NCBI GenBank assembly: GCA_022813965.1
Contig: JALDZS010000226.1
Coordinates: forward strand, 1-34,789
Length of the DNA: 34,789 nt
Reading direction: 5' to 3'
Source: Toensbergia leucococca
Lineage: Eukaryota
Shown: positions 22,301 to 34,084 of the stretch, one piece after another
Layout: each line of letters begins with the position of its first letter
Position numbering within the stretch: position 1 is the stretch's first letter
Position numbers and translations under genes: made by a program
Notes under the pieces: generated by a model
Told to the model about the DNA's origin: nothing
Seen by the model: the letters and a program-made list of their open reading frames with translations, nothing else
Database searches by the model: none

Positions 22301-23360
22301 TCGTCATCGGAGCTTTGCGACTGATCAGATTCGCTATCTTGGTCAGGTTGGTAGGTAGGTACGTTGTATTCAATTTCGCGCTGCTGAATGGTATGCTCGG
22401 GTGATGAGGACGGAATTAGTTTCTCAGTGGGTCTATGCATGATCTTTGCAGACTCAGGATTTATGTCCAAGAGTATTTCTGGAGTCTTGAAAGCTCTGTC
22501 GCTGAGGTTTGCGGGCTTCAAAAAGCCCCATTCCTTAATCCGACTCCTGTATGAACGGATGCTGTATGATGGTCAACATCAGGAGCGTTTTACATAGAGT
22601 GAGGGGCATTTAGGCTCGACATCAACATACGTGGCTTGAAAATTTTTTTCCTCACTCACTTGTCGTATGACCTCAGAAAGCGTCTTTCCTTGATGGACAT
22701 AGAGCTCTTGGATCATCGTACGATGCGTCTCCCAGTCGTCTTTCCCGGTTTGATATGGCATAACACTACTCTTCAAGTCTTCATTCACATCTGCGAGAGG
22801 TATACCTTGAGCTTCTTCGAAATACTGCCCCAATGAGGAAACGGAACCTTGACTATCGCCACGATATGAATCATCGTAAGAATTCACCTGCGCTGATGAC
22901 TCCGAGGATGAATTTGACACACGGTCAACTTTCATCTCAGATGTTGATACCGTTCGAGGTGTTCGCTCCATGTGTGATTGCTGGCGCACTGGGAAGAAAG
23001 TGCATTCCTTCTTCAATCGAATGCAATTTGAGCAACGTTTTTGAGGATCATCCGGCGCCGGCAAACAACGTATTTTACGTATATAACAATTTCCTGTAAC
23101 ATCTAAATTTGGTCTCATTTGCCAAGGGAGGAGGAAGAATACATACTGCAACCGTGATATCCCAAAATGTTACGTCTTCGATCTTCCATGGACATTCCTG
23201 CATCGCCACCTGCAGATCCTCCTACGTTCTGTGCTATAGCGAGATGTTCGACGGAAGAGGATGCCACATTTTTGGGATTCGTCGTTGCTGGCTGATGGGC
23301 GGCAGATTCATCATCAGCTTCCTCCAAAAACGATGGTCGAGGATACGGTAGCGTGGCCAT
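19381..23360 (-). CDS. ~1285-aa multidomain protein: Zn2Cys6 cluster + Clr5 domain + large uncharacterised C-terminal domain, 3 exons
   Basis: Exons 23360-23147, 23093-22631, 22561-19381, both introns GTATGT...CAG. Total 3858 nt, in frame. Splicing yields CRNCYIRKIRCLPAPDDPQKRCSNCIRLKKEC and the Clr5-like DWETHRTMIQELYVHQGKTLSEVIRQVSEEKNFQATIRSYRSRIKEWGFLK. Confidence 0.8.
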
Positions 23361-23779
23361 TCTCACACCAGCTCTAACGTCGAATTATGTAAAAAGAGAT
23401 TCAAAGAAACCAGACGCGACACTGTTGAAAGTCGCACACAGAGTATATAGAAGGGAGGCAAGCAGCATCTTGAAACAAAAGTGATGACAAGAAAAACACA
23501 GCCTCGTCCTCTACCCCCCTGCCGCTCGATAATTCTTCCACATGTCTGCCTTACACGTAGCCTTGCATGCCCAAACAACTTTTACAACGTGCTAAGATGC
23601 CGTGATTAGTATATCGTTATCAATTCGTTCATTGTAGGAAATGAAGAGCAAAATCATATCGACCCTGTGTGTAGTTGAAGTTCTCCACCGGCCAAACGCA
23701 AGCCCCCTTCCCACCTCAGCCCTACCAACCTTTCCTCCACACTCAAACCCTTCCCTGCCATCCGCTCCAGATTGAAATA
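23361..23779. promoter_or_regulatory. Putative bidirectional promoter between the Zn2Cys6-Clr5 gene and VPS51
   Basis: Head-to-head start codons about 420 bp apart. TATATA near 23444, with a CT-rich leader before VPS51. Confidence 0.45.
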
Positions 23780-24693
23780 ATGTCAACCATTACCTCTCCC
23801 CGCCTCTCCATCACAACCCCAACCTCCTCGCATCCCTCCTCCCCCTCTCTTCCTCCCCGCCGCGCCAACCGCGCCGCCCTCCGCGACTATTATAATCTCC
23901 GAAACGCGGCTCCCGTCGACGCGAACAGCGTCGATGCAAGCAGTAGCGCGGAAGAAGTCGGGGTCAAGGAAAGCGAATTGGACGCAGAGGGGTTTGATGC
24001 TGAAGCGTATGTGAGGGAGGTGTTGGGGAGGGAGGGGTTGGAGGGCGTGCTGGGGAGAGAGAATGCGTTGATTGGTGGTGAGTTTTGCCTGGGTTTTCCG
24101 TAGGGGGAAAGTAAAGGAATTTAGTAAGACTAGGGAGGCTGACACTGAGATATTCTTTGGGAGGTAGAGATCAGAGGCTTGGATGGGGAGAGAAAAGCGT
24201 TGGTCTACGACAACTACTCTCGGTTGATAGTCGCAACGGATACAATCCGCAAGGTATGTCCCCGCTGCGAACACCATCCCCCCCAAATGGGCAAAACCAT
24301 ATCGCAGGCTTTGACAAAGCGCAACCAAACCAGATGCGCGCAAATATGGATCCCCTCACTCCGACAACCTCAACCCTCGCCCCGGCTATATCCCACATTG
24401 CCGAGACGGCAGCTTCGTTGGCGACGGAGCTGCAGGGGCGAACGGCGTCCTTGAAGACTTCGGAAGAAAGGCGGCGGCCGGATGGGGACGCTGAGGAGAA
24501 GGGGAGACAGCGCGAGACTGTGAGATGGATTTTGGCGGCGCCAAGGCGGTTGAGTGGGTTGGTTGAGGCGGGCCGGAGGGAGGAGGCCGTGAGGGATTGG
24601 AGGGAAGTACGGGGGTTGTTGGGGGAGTGGGAGGGTGTGAGGGGGGTGGATGAGGTCAGGGAAGCGTGCGAGGAGGTGATGGGCGAAGAGTGA
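23780..24693 (+). CDS. VPS51: Vps51/Vps67-domain protein (GARP complex subunit Vps51/Ang2-like), 3 exons
   Basis: Exons 23780-24077, 24168-24253, 24334-24693. Motifs RRANRAALRDYY, ELDAEGFDAEAYV and EIRGLDGERKALVYDNYSRLIVATDTIRKM. Confidence 0.88.
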
Positions 24694-24975
24694 AAGGAAC
24701 GGACCTTTTTGGGATTGGGTCCGGGATGAATGGACTTCACCAAGCTGCTTGGATGCTTGTTCATGATAGCATCGGATATGCGTAGGTAGGTTACTCGGTG
24801 CATTGAAGACGTACCAAGTCTATCTACTAATTAGTACTAGGGACAGATCTTCCTTGAGAAGAACGAGACACCGCCATATGCTTCCCGCCCAAGAAATGCT
24901 TCAAATATATCGCATACAAAAACAAGCATTTGCATCGCAGCCCATCGTAACGTTCGTTGCATCATTGCCATACAC

Positions 24976-27900
24976 TCATAGGAAGGCTTCCCATCCCCGA
25001 GCCTTCCACGGGGCAATCATGATTGCCCTTTGCGCATCGCCAATCCGATTTGTACCAGCATACGCTCTGCACAGATCCTCCGCGTCAAGCGTACCTCTCG
25101 GTGGCACTGAACGTATCCTAGTGAGCAACGCCACCTCCGCCGGATAAATTTCCTCGGTCAGTTCAGCCAGCTGATTCCAGCCATGAGGCTGTGAAGGTGC
25201 CAACATCACTGCTGTTGTTGCTTCTGCGATCTCTAACAGATCCTCCCTATCCTTACCAGGAGTAATCGTTGCTATTCCTGCAATGACCCGAGCGATTTTA
25301 CGCTGCTGTTGGGCGTTTAAGGAATCTCGTGTTCTGAGGCTTCTCAAGTCGGCGGTGACGGCTTCGATAGTATCCTTGTCGCCATCCAATATTGCAATAA
25401 CACCAAGGAGAGTCATAGCTCCAAAGTGATCTGGATGCTTTTCAACGCAATCGAAAAGCTGCTCTCGAGCTACATTCCTTTCCTCCTCACCACCCTTCGC
25501 CCAAAGTACTTGCGCAAGGAGGCACACAATATCTGGATCACCATTTGTTTCTTCTAAAGCGCTTCGAAACATGATGATAGACTCATCCATTGAACCATTA
25601 TTATAATATGCTAAGCCAGCAGTCAGATGTGCGGATACTCTGCACTTCCTACGAGCGGCAGGGCTGAATTCACTAGTTTCTCCTTCAGTAGAGATGTCAA
25701 GCGCTGTCTCTGCATTTTTCGCAGCGGAGGAAAAATCGTTTCCGGCAAGTTGGACACGGCCAAGGGTAGCTTTGGCTTGAGCGAAGTGTGTGAGTGTGAT
25801 TGGCGATTCAAGAATTTCATACTCTGCTTCGAGTTTCGAGCTTATCGATGCTAGGCTCGTGGATGATTCAGTATAGTTACCAACGCGCTCAGCGAAGAGT
25901 GCTGAAAGGTGCTGATAGGTAGTATCAGTAGAGACTTGAGTGTTCAATTGATGTAGTCCGAATAAGGGTTCAAGTATGTTCATAACGTTTACTGACGAGG
26001 AATGCGAAGAAAGGAGATGGTCAAAGCTTGCTAATGCGTATTGTTGCTTCACTATTGTAGAAGAAGAGTCGGCAATCTCAAAGGTGTGAGTAAATAGGGT
26101 TCGGGCCTCGCCCTCTTCCCCAAGCTGAGCTGCCAACAGACCCTGTCCGAGCCATGCATGAGCATACTCAGGGTCAGTAGACTGCGCTCGAGTGAAGGCA
26201 TCGTTGGCAAGCTGGCTGTCACTCTGAAGTAGATATAGTGTTCCAAGGTTCGTCCAGACTCTGGCAGCCTTGTCATTTATAAAGAGACTGCGAACAAAGG
26301 CGTGCTGAGATACTTTTGGATTAAGCTTTGCGGTCACTATACCAAGAGAATTCCAGAAATCAGAGTTGCCAGCCTCGAGTTCGATGGCTCTTTTGAAACA
26401 TCGAATTGAGGCCTTGAGGTATTTTCGAAACTTCTTCCTTGATGATGAACGTTGATCTTCTGCGAGACACACATGCGCGCGATACTCTGTCCATCCAAGA
26501 TTGTACCACGCAACAGCTTGTGCGTGTACATCACGAGCACAGGCATAGATTGCCCGCTTCTGGGACAGTATGGCCGCATGGAGACACAATGCAAGACCCG
26601 AGGCCGTGCTGTCGTTGTCTGATAGACTTTCTAGAGCTTCTTTGCCGATTCCGTCAACCTCAGCAAGCAAGTCATATACCTTTAGGTCTATCTCACACTC
26701 CAAGAGCAGACGGAGGTCTTGTGCAGGGAAGTCTGCTGCGTAAGCTTGAACCCAAGAATAGACTGAGCAAGCATCTCCGACTGCTTTCCAAACATTGAAG
26801 GCATCACTTCGCTGCATTGCAATGCCTTGTGCAATTCCGATTGCGTCCGTTGCACTATTAGCGGCGCGTCCAAAGAAGCCAAGCTCAATGTCTCGCCATG
26901 CACTATCCACCATGGTCTGTAATAGGGCAATAGAGACACCAAACTCGGTCGCCCTGGAATTCAAAACTTCTTTGTACCCTGCTACAGCCATGTCGTACTC
27001 CCCTAATTCTCTCCTGACGTTGGCGAGCATATACGTCGAAAACCACGTGCTCTCTGTAAAGTTCTGGCTGGACTTGACCTCAACACTCTGTGCTTGTTCA
27101 AAGGCTTTTGTGGCTGCAATGTAACGACCAGAATTATAGTAGCTTTCACCAAGTCCGATCCAGCAGTGATAGTCATCTGGTGAAATTCGAAGAGCTGATT
27201 GAAATGAGACAATGCTCTTCGCATAGTCTTGATTATTAAGCTGAACAACACCCAAAGCCGCGAATGGCCAGCTGAATCCCTTCTTTTTCGAACCTGGAGC
27301 AGGTCTAACTTTGCCAGATTCGACTACTTGCTGAGCGACAACTTCAACTAAGTCCCACTCGCTTTGCTCTGCAAAGGCTTTGGCTAGCCGCTCTGCTGCT
27401 TCAACCTCAGAAGCTGACAGCTCGAAAGCCTTTTGGAAGCATTTACGAGCACGCTTTTTGTCTTTGCCATATTCAGAATAGTAAATACCAAGACTTGTGT
27501 ACGACGGCGCAAAGTTCATATCTGCTTGCAAGGATGCTAAGAATTTCGCGTATGCTCCCTGACGGTCTTTGCGTGCCGCCTTCGAAGAATCTAGATTCCA
27601 AGTGCATATACCAATGCGATATAACGATTGAGCCTTGAGTTCTCCAGTACGCTTGACAGACCCCTTCAATTTAGGGAGAGAAGCCTGAAGCTCGTCCAAG
27701 GCATTTTGATAATCGCCGCTTAAGGCCTTGCACCATGCTGCCTCAGCTTGAATCTCGGCATTTTGGTTACGTTTCAAAGCCCGTTCGAAGAAATCGATTG
27801 CACCGCTATAATCTTCTTGCTCTTCTAGTATCAGACCTATTCCAATTAGAGCAGAAAGATTAGCGGATTTACGATAAATTATAGCTTCGAGTAAAGATCT

Positions 27901-29314
27901 CGCCTCCGGATGATTTCGAGGGGCCTGGTACTGGATCAATGCTGTAGCAAGAATGATGTTAACGCCGTCGAGAGTATCTGTTAAATTTAGCCCTGATATC
28001 TGAGATTCTGCAGCTACAAGATCCAGTGCCTGTCTTGCGGTGCTCGAAGCACTTCCGTATTCCTCCAAAGATAGGAAATAGTCTCCCATTATGCGATGAG
28101 ACATGATTGACGAAGAACTGTCTTCCAATCCTTCGGTCATCAATAGAAGTCGATCTTCAGCTGTCATCGGAACGTATTCATCGTCCTCGTTATCTTGAAT
28201 TTCTGTTGAATCTACAATCGTTGGGAAAGGAGAAGTTTCACTTCCTAGATATCCCTTGAGAACCTGACTCAGCCCCTCGTCAGGAAAATAAGATACAAAT
28301 TCCCTGAATAGTCCAGGGTCCCATTCTTCTATGCGCTCTGCATCTTTCCATTCTAGCACGATCTTCCAAGCTAGCATAAAAGGGTGTTTCAATATTACCA
28401 GCCCCTGGGCCATTTTTTGAACCTCAGTACGCTTGGCTACCTTCTTCGATACTGGAAGTACAGCAAGAGTATCATAAGCATGCTGCAAAAGCTTTTCCTC
28501 GTACTTTCGACGTATGTCATCATCTTGAGTCCAGTCGATGATACTGCTGTAGGCGCTTTCTAGGTCGCTGCTCTCTAGAGCTTCTCTCTTGACGTCGAGA
28601 GTGACTTGATCAATCCTTGCGCCTAGTCTGGTTCGCCGCTCTCCGATTTCTCTATTTATTCTCTCCTTTTCTTCCGCCTCAATAATGTCGGCTATCTTGA
28701 TGTATGTGTAGGCTGGATGTGGAATACGACCTTCGAGGTAGTCGTAAATAGTACTAGTGGGCAATAGGATTTCCATGGCGTGCTTATACTGCGCACGAGT
28801 GCCATGCTTCTTTACAAATCCGGTATACTTATCTACGACAGTTTGACACCGAGTTTTGTCATCCCTAGTCCCTCCTCCTCATCAGCTTCAGCTTTTCAAC
28901 ATCCTACGTGGAGCCAGGCCCATGCCACGTACACTTCCATAAAGAATTCTGCCACACGGAATGCAGCATCGTGGTAATCATCTATCTTTTTACCTGCTTG
29001 TTTTTCGTATAAAGTAATGAGACCCTGCCATGCCAGTGCATCTTTGCCTTTGATTTCTACAGCTGTCTTGTAAGCTTTTTCGGAGTCTTCGTTCTTGTCT
29101 TGCTTCTCGAGAGCAAGGCCCAAGAAGACATTACTAAACGCGGCCAAGACTATTAGCATGCGAGCAAGAAAGATGAGCAGTTGGGCTTCGTATACGCATG
29201 ATAATTGTTTGAATCCGTAGCGAGGACTCTATTGGCATGCCCTACTGCATCATCGTAATGGTGTGTATCGAGAGCAGCTTTGGCAGCCTTGAGTGCGGTC
29301 TTGCTTGCCGACAT
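24976..29314 (-). CDS. SKI3: Ski complex TPR subunit Ski3 (superkiller 3), ~1402 aa, 3 exons
   Basis: Exons 29314-29196, 29133-28933, 28864-24976. N-terminus MSASKTALKAAKAAL...NYHANVFLGLA. Many TPRs, including APSYTSLGIYY...RARKCFQKAFEL, WIGLGESY..SGRY.AA.K.F and FWNSLG...KVSQHAFVRSL. Confidence 0.92.
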
Positions 29315-29737
29315 GACTAACCTAGGATTCTGACATTTTTTAGTTCGGGTTAATCACCTTGTGTGCCTAGAACTTTTCAGCCCGAATACAAGATCAAGCT
29401 GAAGAGACAGAGGTCCCTCGGGTTGACGTAAATAAATACTCGGGTAATATTTAGCGATAGATCTGCAGCAGGGTACTCCGTAGAATATTGAATGCAATGA
29501 CGGCCACTAAGGTTCTCCATAGTTTCAACCTTGGAATATGTTGAGTAAACTTACCTAGTTCCCTACCTATTTACCTCCGAAAGAAGTATAAATATCATAC
29601 CCGCTGAAATACAACGACAAGTGCGTCTTTTTAAACTCGGAATTAGGGGGCGTTGAGCTGATGAAGTTCTTAACCTAGGGCATTAGAGCTCTCGATCTGC
29701 TCGAGCTTCGGGGCCCAATTGGCACCGAACGCAGCTG
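29315..29737. promoter_or_regulatory. Putative bidirectional promoter between SKI3 and the GH5_12 gene
   Basis: Head-to-head start codons about 420 bp apart. TATAAA at ~29587. Confidence 0.45.
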
Positions 29738-32150
29738 ATGGCGCCACTGCGGCTCAGGATCGAAGGATGCAAATTCCGTGATACTGAGAATCGCGAGGTG
29801 ACTGTGCGCGGAATCAACGTCGCCGGAGACGCTAAATTTCCAACATCTCCGGATCTACCATCACATCGACGAGACGATTTTTTCGACGGAGATGAAGTAT
29901 CCTTTATTGGTAGACCCTTCTCTGTGGATGAAGCACATCTCCACTTCTCAAGGCTCAAAAGATGGGGCTATAATTTTATGCGCTATGTTTGGACATGGGA
30001 AGCCATTGAGCATGCTGGGCCTAGGCGGTACGACGAGGACTGGATTCAACACACTATCGAGGTGTTGAGACTTGCCAAAGACCATGGATTCTACGTCTTC
30101 ATGGATCCTCACCAAGACGTTTGGTCTAGGTTTACTGGCGGGTCCGGCGCACCCATGTGGACCTTGTACGCGATGGGTCTGAACCCACATTCTTTTGCCG
30201 CCACTGAGGCTTCACTGGTTCACAACACCTATCCAGAACCTGCAGAATATCCCAAAATGATCTGGTCGACTAATTATACCCGGATGGCATGCCAAGTCAT
30301 ATTTACGCTATTTTTTGCCGGGAAGGATTTTGCCCCCAAAGCAATTATTGATGGGAAAAACATCCAGGACTATCTGCAGGGACACTTTATTGCAGCCTGT
30401 AAGTATTTGGCTCAAAGGATTCACGAAGCTGGCGACATCGAGAATGATGTCGTCATTGGGTGGGAAAGTATGAACGAGCCAAATCGAGGACTGATTGGCT
30501 GGCCTGATCTCACTACCATACCCGGCGAACAGAAGCTTCAAAAAGGAACATCTCCTACAGCATGGCAAGCCATTTTGACTGGTTCTGGTAGGTCTTGTGA
30601 AATAGACACATGGGAGTTTGGCGGACTTGGCCCTTACAAGTCTGGGACCAAATTAGTCGACCCCAAAGGTGAGTCCGCTTGGCTGCCAGGAGATTACGAC
30701 GATTCAAGATATGGCTGGAAAAGAGATCCAGACTGGAAGCTGGGAGAATGCCTTTGGGCACAACATGACATCTGGGACCCAACCACTGATCAGCTTCTCC
30801 GAAAGGACTATTTTGCTAGGCATCCGAAGACGGGAAAAAAGATTGACTATGAGTACTTTACTAATAATTACTATATGGATATGTATCGGAAACACAAACA
30901 GGCGATCCGAAGTGTACACGAAGACGCTATCCTGTTTTGCCAGCCTCCTGTCCTCGAAATACCACCGTCTTTGAAGGGCACTGAGGATGATGATCCCAAC
31001 ATGGTGTACGCACCTCACTATTATGACGGCGTTACACTGATGACAAAGAAATGGCAAGATCCGCGTCTTTTCCGCACCTGTCAATAATAATTGACTTTGG
31101 GACAGGAACCGGTACTGGAATGTTGATGTCTTCGGAATATTACGCGGAAAATACATTTCACCAGCGTTTGCTATCAAAGTCGGTGAGACTGCAATACGGA
31201 ACTGTCTCCGAGACCAGCTTTCAGCCATCAGGCAAGAAGGTATTGATTACATGGGAAACCACCCTTGCGTGTTCACAGAAATTGGTATCCCCTATGACAT
31301 GGACGATAAATACGCTTACAGGACCGGGGATTATACAAGTCAGTCGTTAGCCATGGATGCAAACCATTTCGCCTTGGAGGCCAGTGGCGTAAATGGCTAT
31401 GCGCTGTGGATTTACATGGCTAACGTAAGTTAGACCTAGAGCAACGGATCTTCATCCAGTCACAATATTGACGAGATTCAGAACAATCACGAGTGGGGCG
31501 ATCTGTGGAATGGCGAAGACCTCTCAATCTTCTCCCTCGACGACAAAATATTGCCTCTCTCCCCGTCTGAAGGCACATCCGGCCAAAAGTCAACCAACGT
31601 ATCGACTATATCTATTGACCAAACCTCTCCCGCTTACTCAGAAAGTCGGTCGGCAGATCACTCTCCTATTTCTCCTAAAAACCTAAAGAAAACACTCTCA
31701 ACCCCATCGATTTCAACGGAACGCTCGTCTACCCCCGCAGATATCGGCAACAAGGCCGGATTCCGGGCGGCCGAAGCTTACGTGCGGCCAAGTCCTATTA
31801 CTACAGTTGGCGATGTTATCTCGTACAGCTTTGACTTACGGAACGCAACGTTCACTCTTTCTCTTGAATGCAAAGCTGCTACTAAAGAAGAAGCACCCAC
31901 GGAAATGTTCCTTCCTGAATTTCACTTCCCACGCGACAACACTCAGATCCAAGTCAGCGGAGGAAAATGGACAATCAGCGTGGATGATGCAGACGGTGGT
32001 ATGATTCAAAGGCTGAGATGGTGGCACGGGGAGGGCAGTCAGAACATAACGGTAAGAGGGATGAAGAGGCGGCAAGGCATATCAATGGGAAAGGAAGAGG
32101 AGGAGGGCTATTTAGATCAGTGTCAACAGAGCAAGTGTAATATGATGTGA
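29738..32150 (+). CDS. Glycoside hydrolase family 5 (subfamily 12; EGCrP / ergosteryl-beta-glucosidase-like), ~767 aa, 3 exons
   Basis: Exons 29738-31053, 31106-31424, 31482-32150. Motifs RGINV, WEAIEH, MDPHQDVWSRFTGGSGAP, WESMNEP (acid/base Glu), FTEIGIP (nucleophile Glu) and WNGEDLS, followed by a C-terminal beta-sandwich-type segment. Confidence 0.92.
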
Positions 32151-32661
32151 CAGCGTGCTTTTGTCAGCTTTGGATGGAGTAATCATGAGCGTATTCGCGT
32201 GTTTGTATAGGGGTCTCTTTGATGGGTTCACCCTTCTGAAGTATTACTATTCCTACTGAATTGCTGAAATGTTGAAATATTGAAACATTGCATAAATCGG
32301 GTGAGACTTGTACAGTGGAATTCTCATTGGTCACTACTCCGTAAGGTATCCGTAGATCGGATCGAAGGAAAAGGGGCGGTAAAGTTAGAATGCGGGCACG
32401 GCGGGGAACGAGATTGACTTTTTCATTTCCCGCGCCTAAGGTAATCATCTGCGTGACGTAACTATGCAAGATGTTTAACCCTTGCGACGCGATGAACTGC
32501 AGAACCGGGAATTTAGACGCAACTTGTTGAAAAGACTACTATTTCTCGCCTTTCCTTTTACTATTCCTTTTGTCGCCATTATACATAGCACCTCTCACTT
32601 GACATTCCACAGTCTACGACTTACGCAACGTCTAGGATAAGTTGCCCTCTAACCACCAATC

Positions 32662-34084
32662 ATGGCTGGAACGAGATCTTCGGCGCGACAAGCATCTGCT
32701 GCCAGTTCCAACCCAGATTCGTCCGAAAATAAAGCCACCCCTACCAATGGTTCCGCAAGCACTAAGCGCAAGGCTGACGCTGGCTCTTCGCCAAAGACAA
32801 AGCGCGGCAAGAAAAGTAATGAAAAGGAGCAAAAGACCATTGAAGAGACCATGGAGAACATGATTGGTAACGACGGAGAAGACACCCCAGAGGACGTTCA
32901 GATGAAAGAGGACATAGATGCGAATGGGGCAGCCATCGAAACTGCAATTCCGGATCTAGAAGATGGTGCTGAACATCCTGATCAGACTGAGGAGAATGGT
33001 GACAGCCACGCTTTGAAAGGCGAATCTTCAAAGATGGATGATACTGGCACAATTGAATCCGAGGACACTTCAGCTGCCGAGAGCAGGAAGAAGAACACCG
33101 CAACGGGAGATGCTGTTGAGCAATCCTCAAATAGAGAAGCTTCAACACCATCTAGCATCCTCGAAAAAGGCATAATCTACTTTTTCTTCCGCGGGCGGGT
33201 GGGCATTAATGAGCCTTCTGACGTTGGCGATATTGCCAGGAGTTACATCGTTTTACGTCCTTTGCCGCATGGCGCTAAGTTAGGTGATGGTCCTATTGGT
33301 GACGCTGGCAACAACCGTCTACTGGCCCTTCCCAAAAAAGTGCTTCCAGTGAGTGGCAAAGACAAATTCATGATTTTCGTCGACAAAGCCAACAGCAGTA
33401 TGGAAGATATCAAGACAAATCTCGCCGCTTCTGACTATGTTACTAAAACGGCCGGCGATCGTCACACTCCAGCTGCTACTCCAATTGGTGAAGGTGTATA
33501 CGCGATAACAACAACAGGTCGAGAGTCGCATCTCGTGTACATTTTGACCATTCCCTCGGAATTGAGTGAAGTCCAGAAAGATGTAGGTTTGCGAGAACGC
33601 GGGAGCTTCGTTACCAGCGTGAAAAACCCGCAGTACCCTGGCCCAGCCAATACGAACCTCCCAGAAGGACCGGGTTTTCCACAAGAGTGAGTCTTTTGAG
33701 CGTGCTCTCGTGACTAAGGCTTATTTCTCTCACTTAGAATCTTAGATGAGTTTCGCAGCCTTCGATGGATGCCTCTGCAGCCCAAATTGTTGAACTTCGA
33801 GAATACCCAGTTTCTTGCCATTGGAGAAGGCGTTGGCGAAATAGGCAAAGCCACTGAGCAGCAGGGTAACGACGAAAAGCAGGACAAAGACACGCCCTTG
33901 GAGGAGATGGAAAAGCTAGAACATGAAGATGAAATACGAGTCCAGCATCTGAAGGGTAAGCAGAAGTCTTCAAACACCACTTGTGATAGATATGCTGATC
34001 TAGGCCCACCAAGGCGACGACTCTGTTTTTGAGGATCTTGGACTAAGCTCAAAAGAGTACCCCAAGGTGCCCTCAACGTGGTGA
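32662..34084 (+). CDS. Conserved fungal hypothetical protein (~437 aa); low-complexity charged N-terminus and conserved C-terminal domain, 3 exons
   Basis: Exons 32662-33686, 33738-33955, 34014-34084. Motifs ILEKGIIYFFFRGRV, RLLALPKK, GEGVYAI, HLVYILTIP, GSFVTSVKNP and EFRSLRWMP; the protein ends SSKEYPKVPSTW. As I recall, this family is often auto-annotated 'BTB domain transcription factor', but I see no BTB domain. Confidence 0.82.

Noticed and set aside
23783..24803. Long minus-strand ORFs (186 and 210 aa) overlapping VPS51
   Set aside because: Antisense shadows in GC-rich, skewed coding DNA.
23780..32150. Functional sterol/lipid or antiviral cluster (VPS51, SKI3, GH5_12)
   Set aside because: These are unrelated housekeeping functions, and adjacency alone is not evidence of a pathway.
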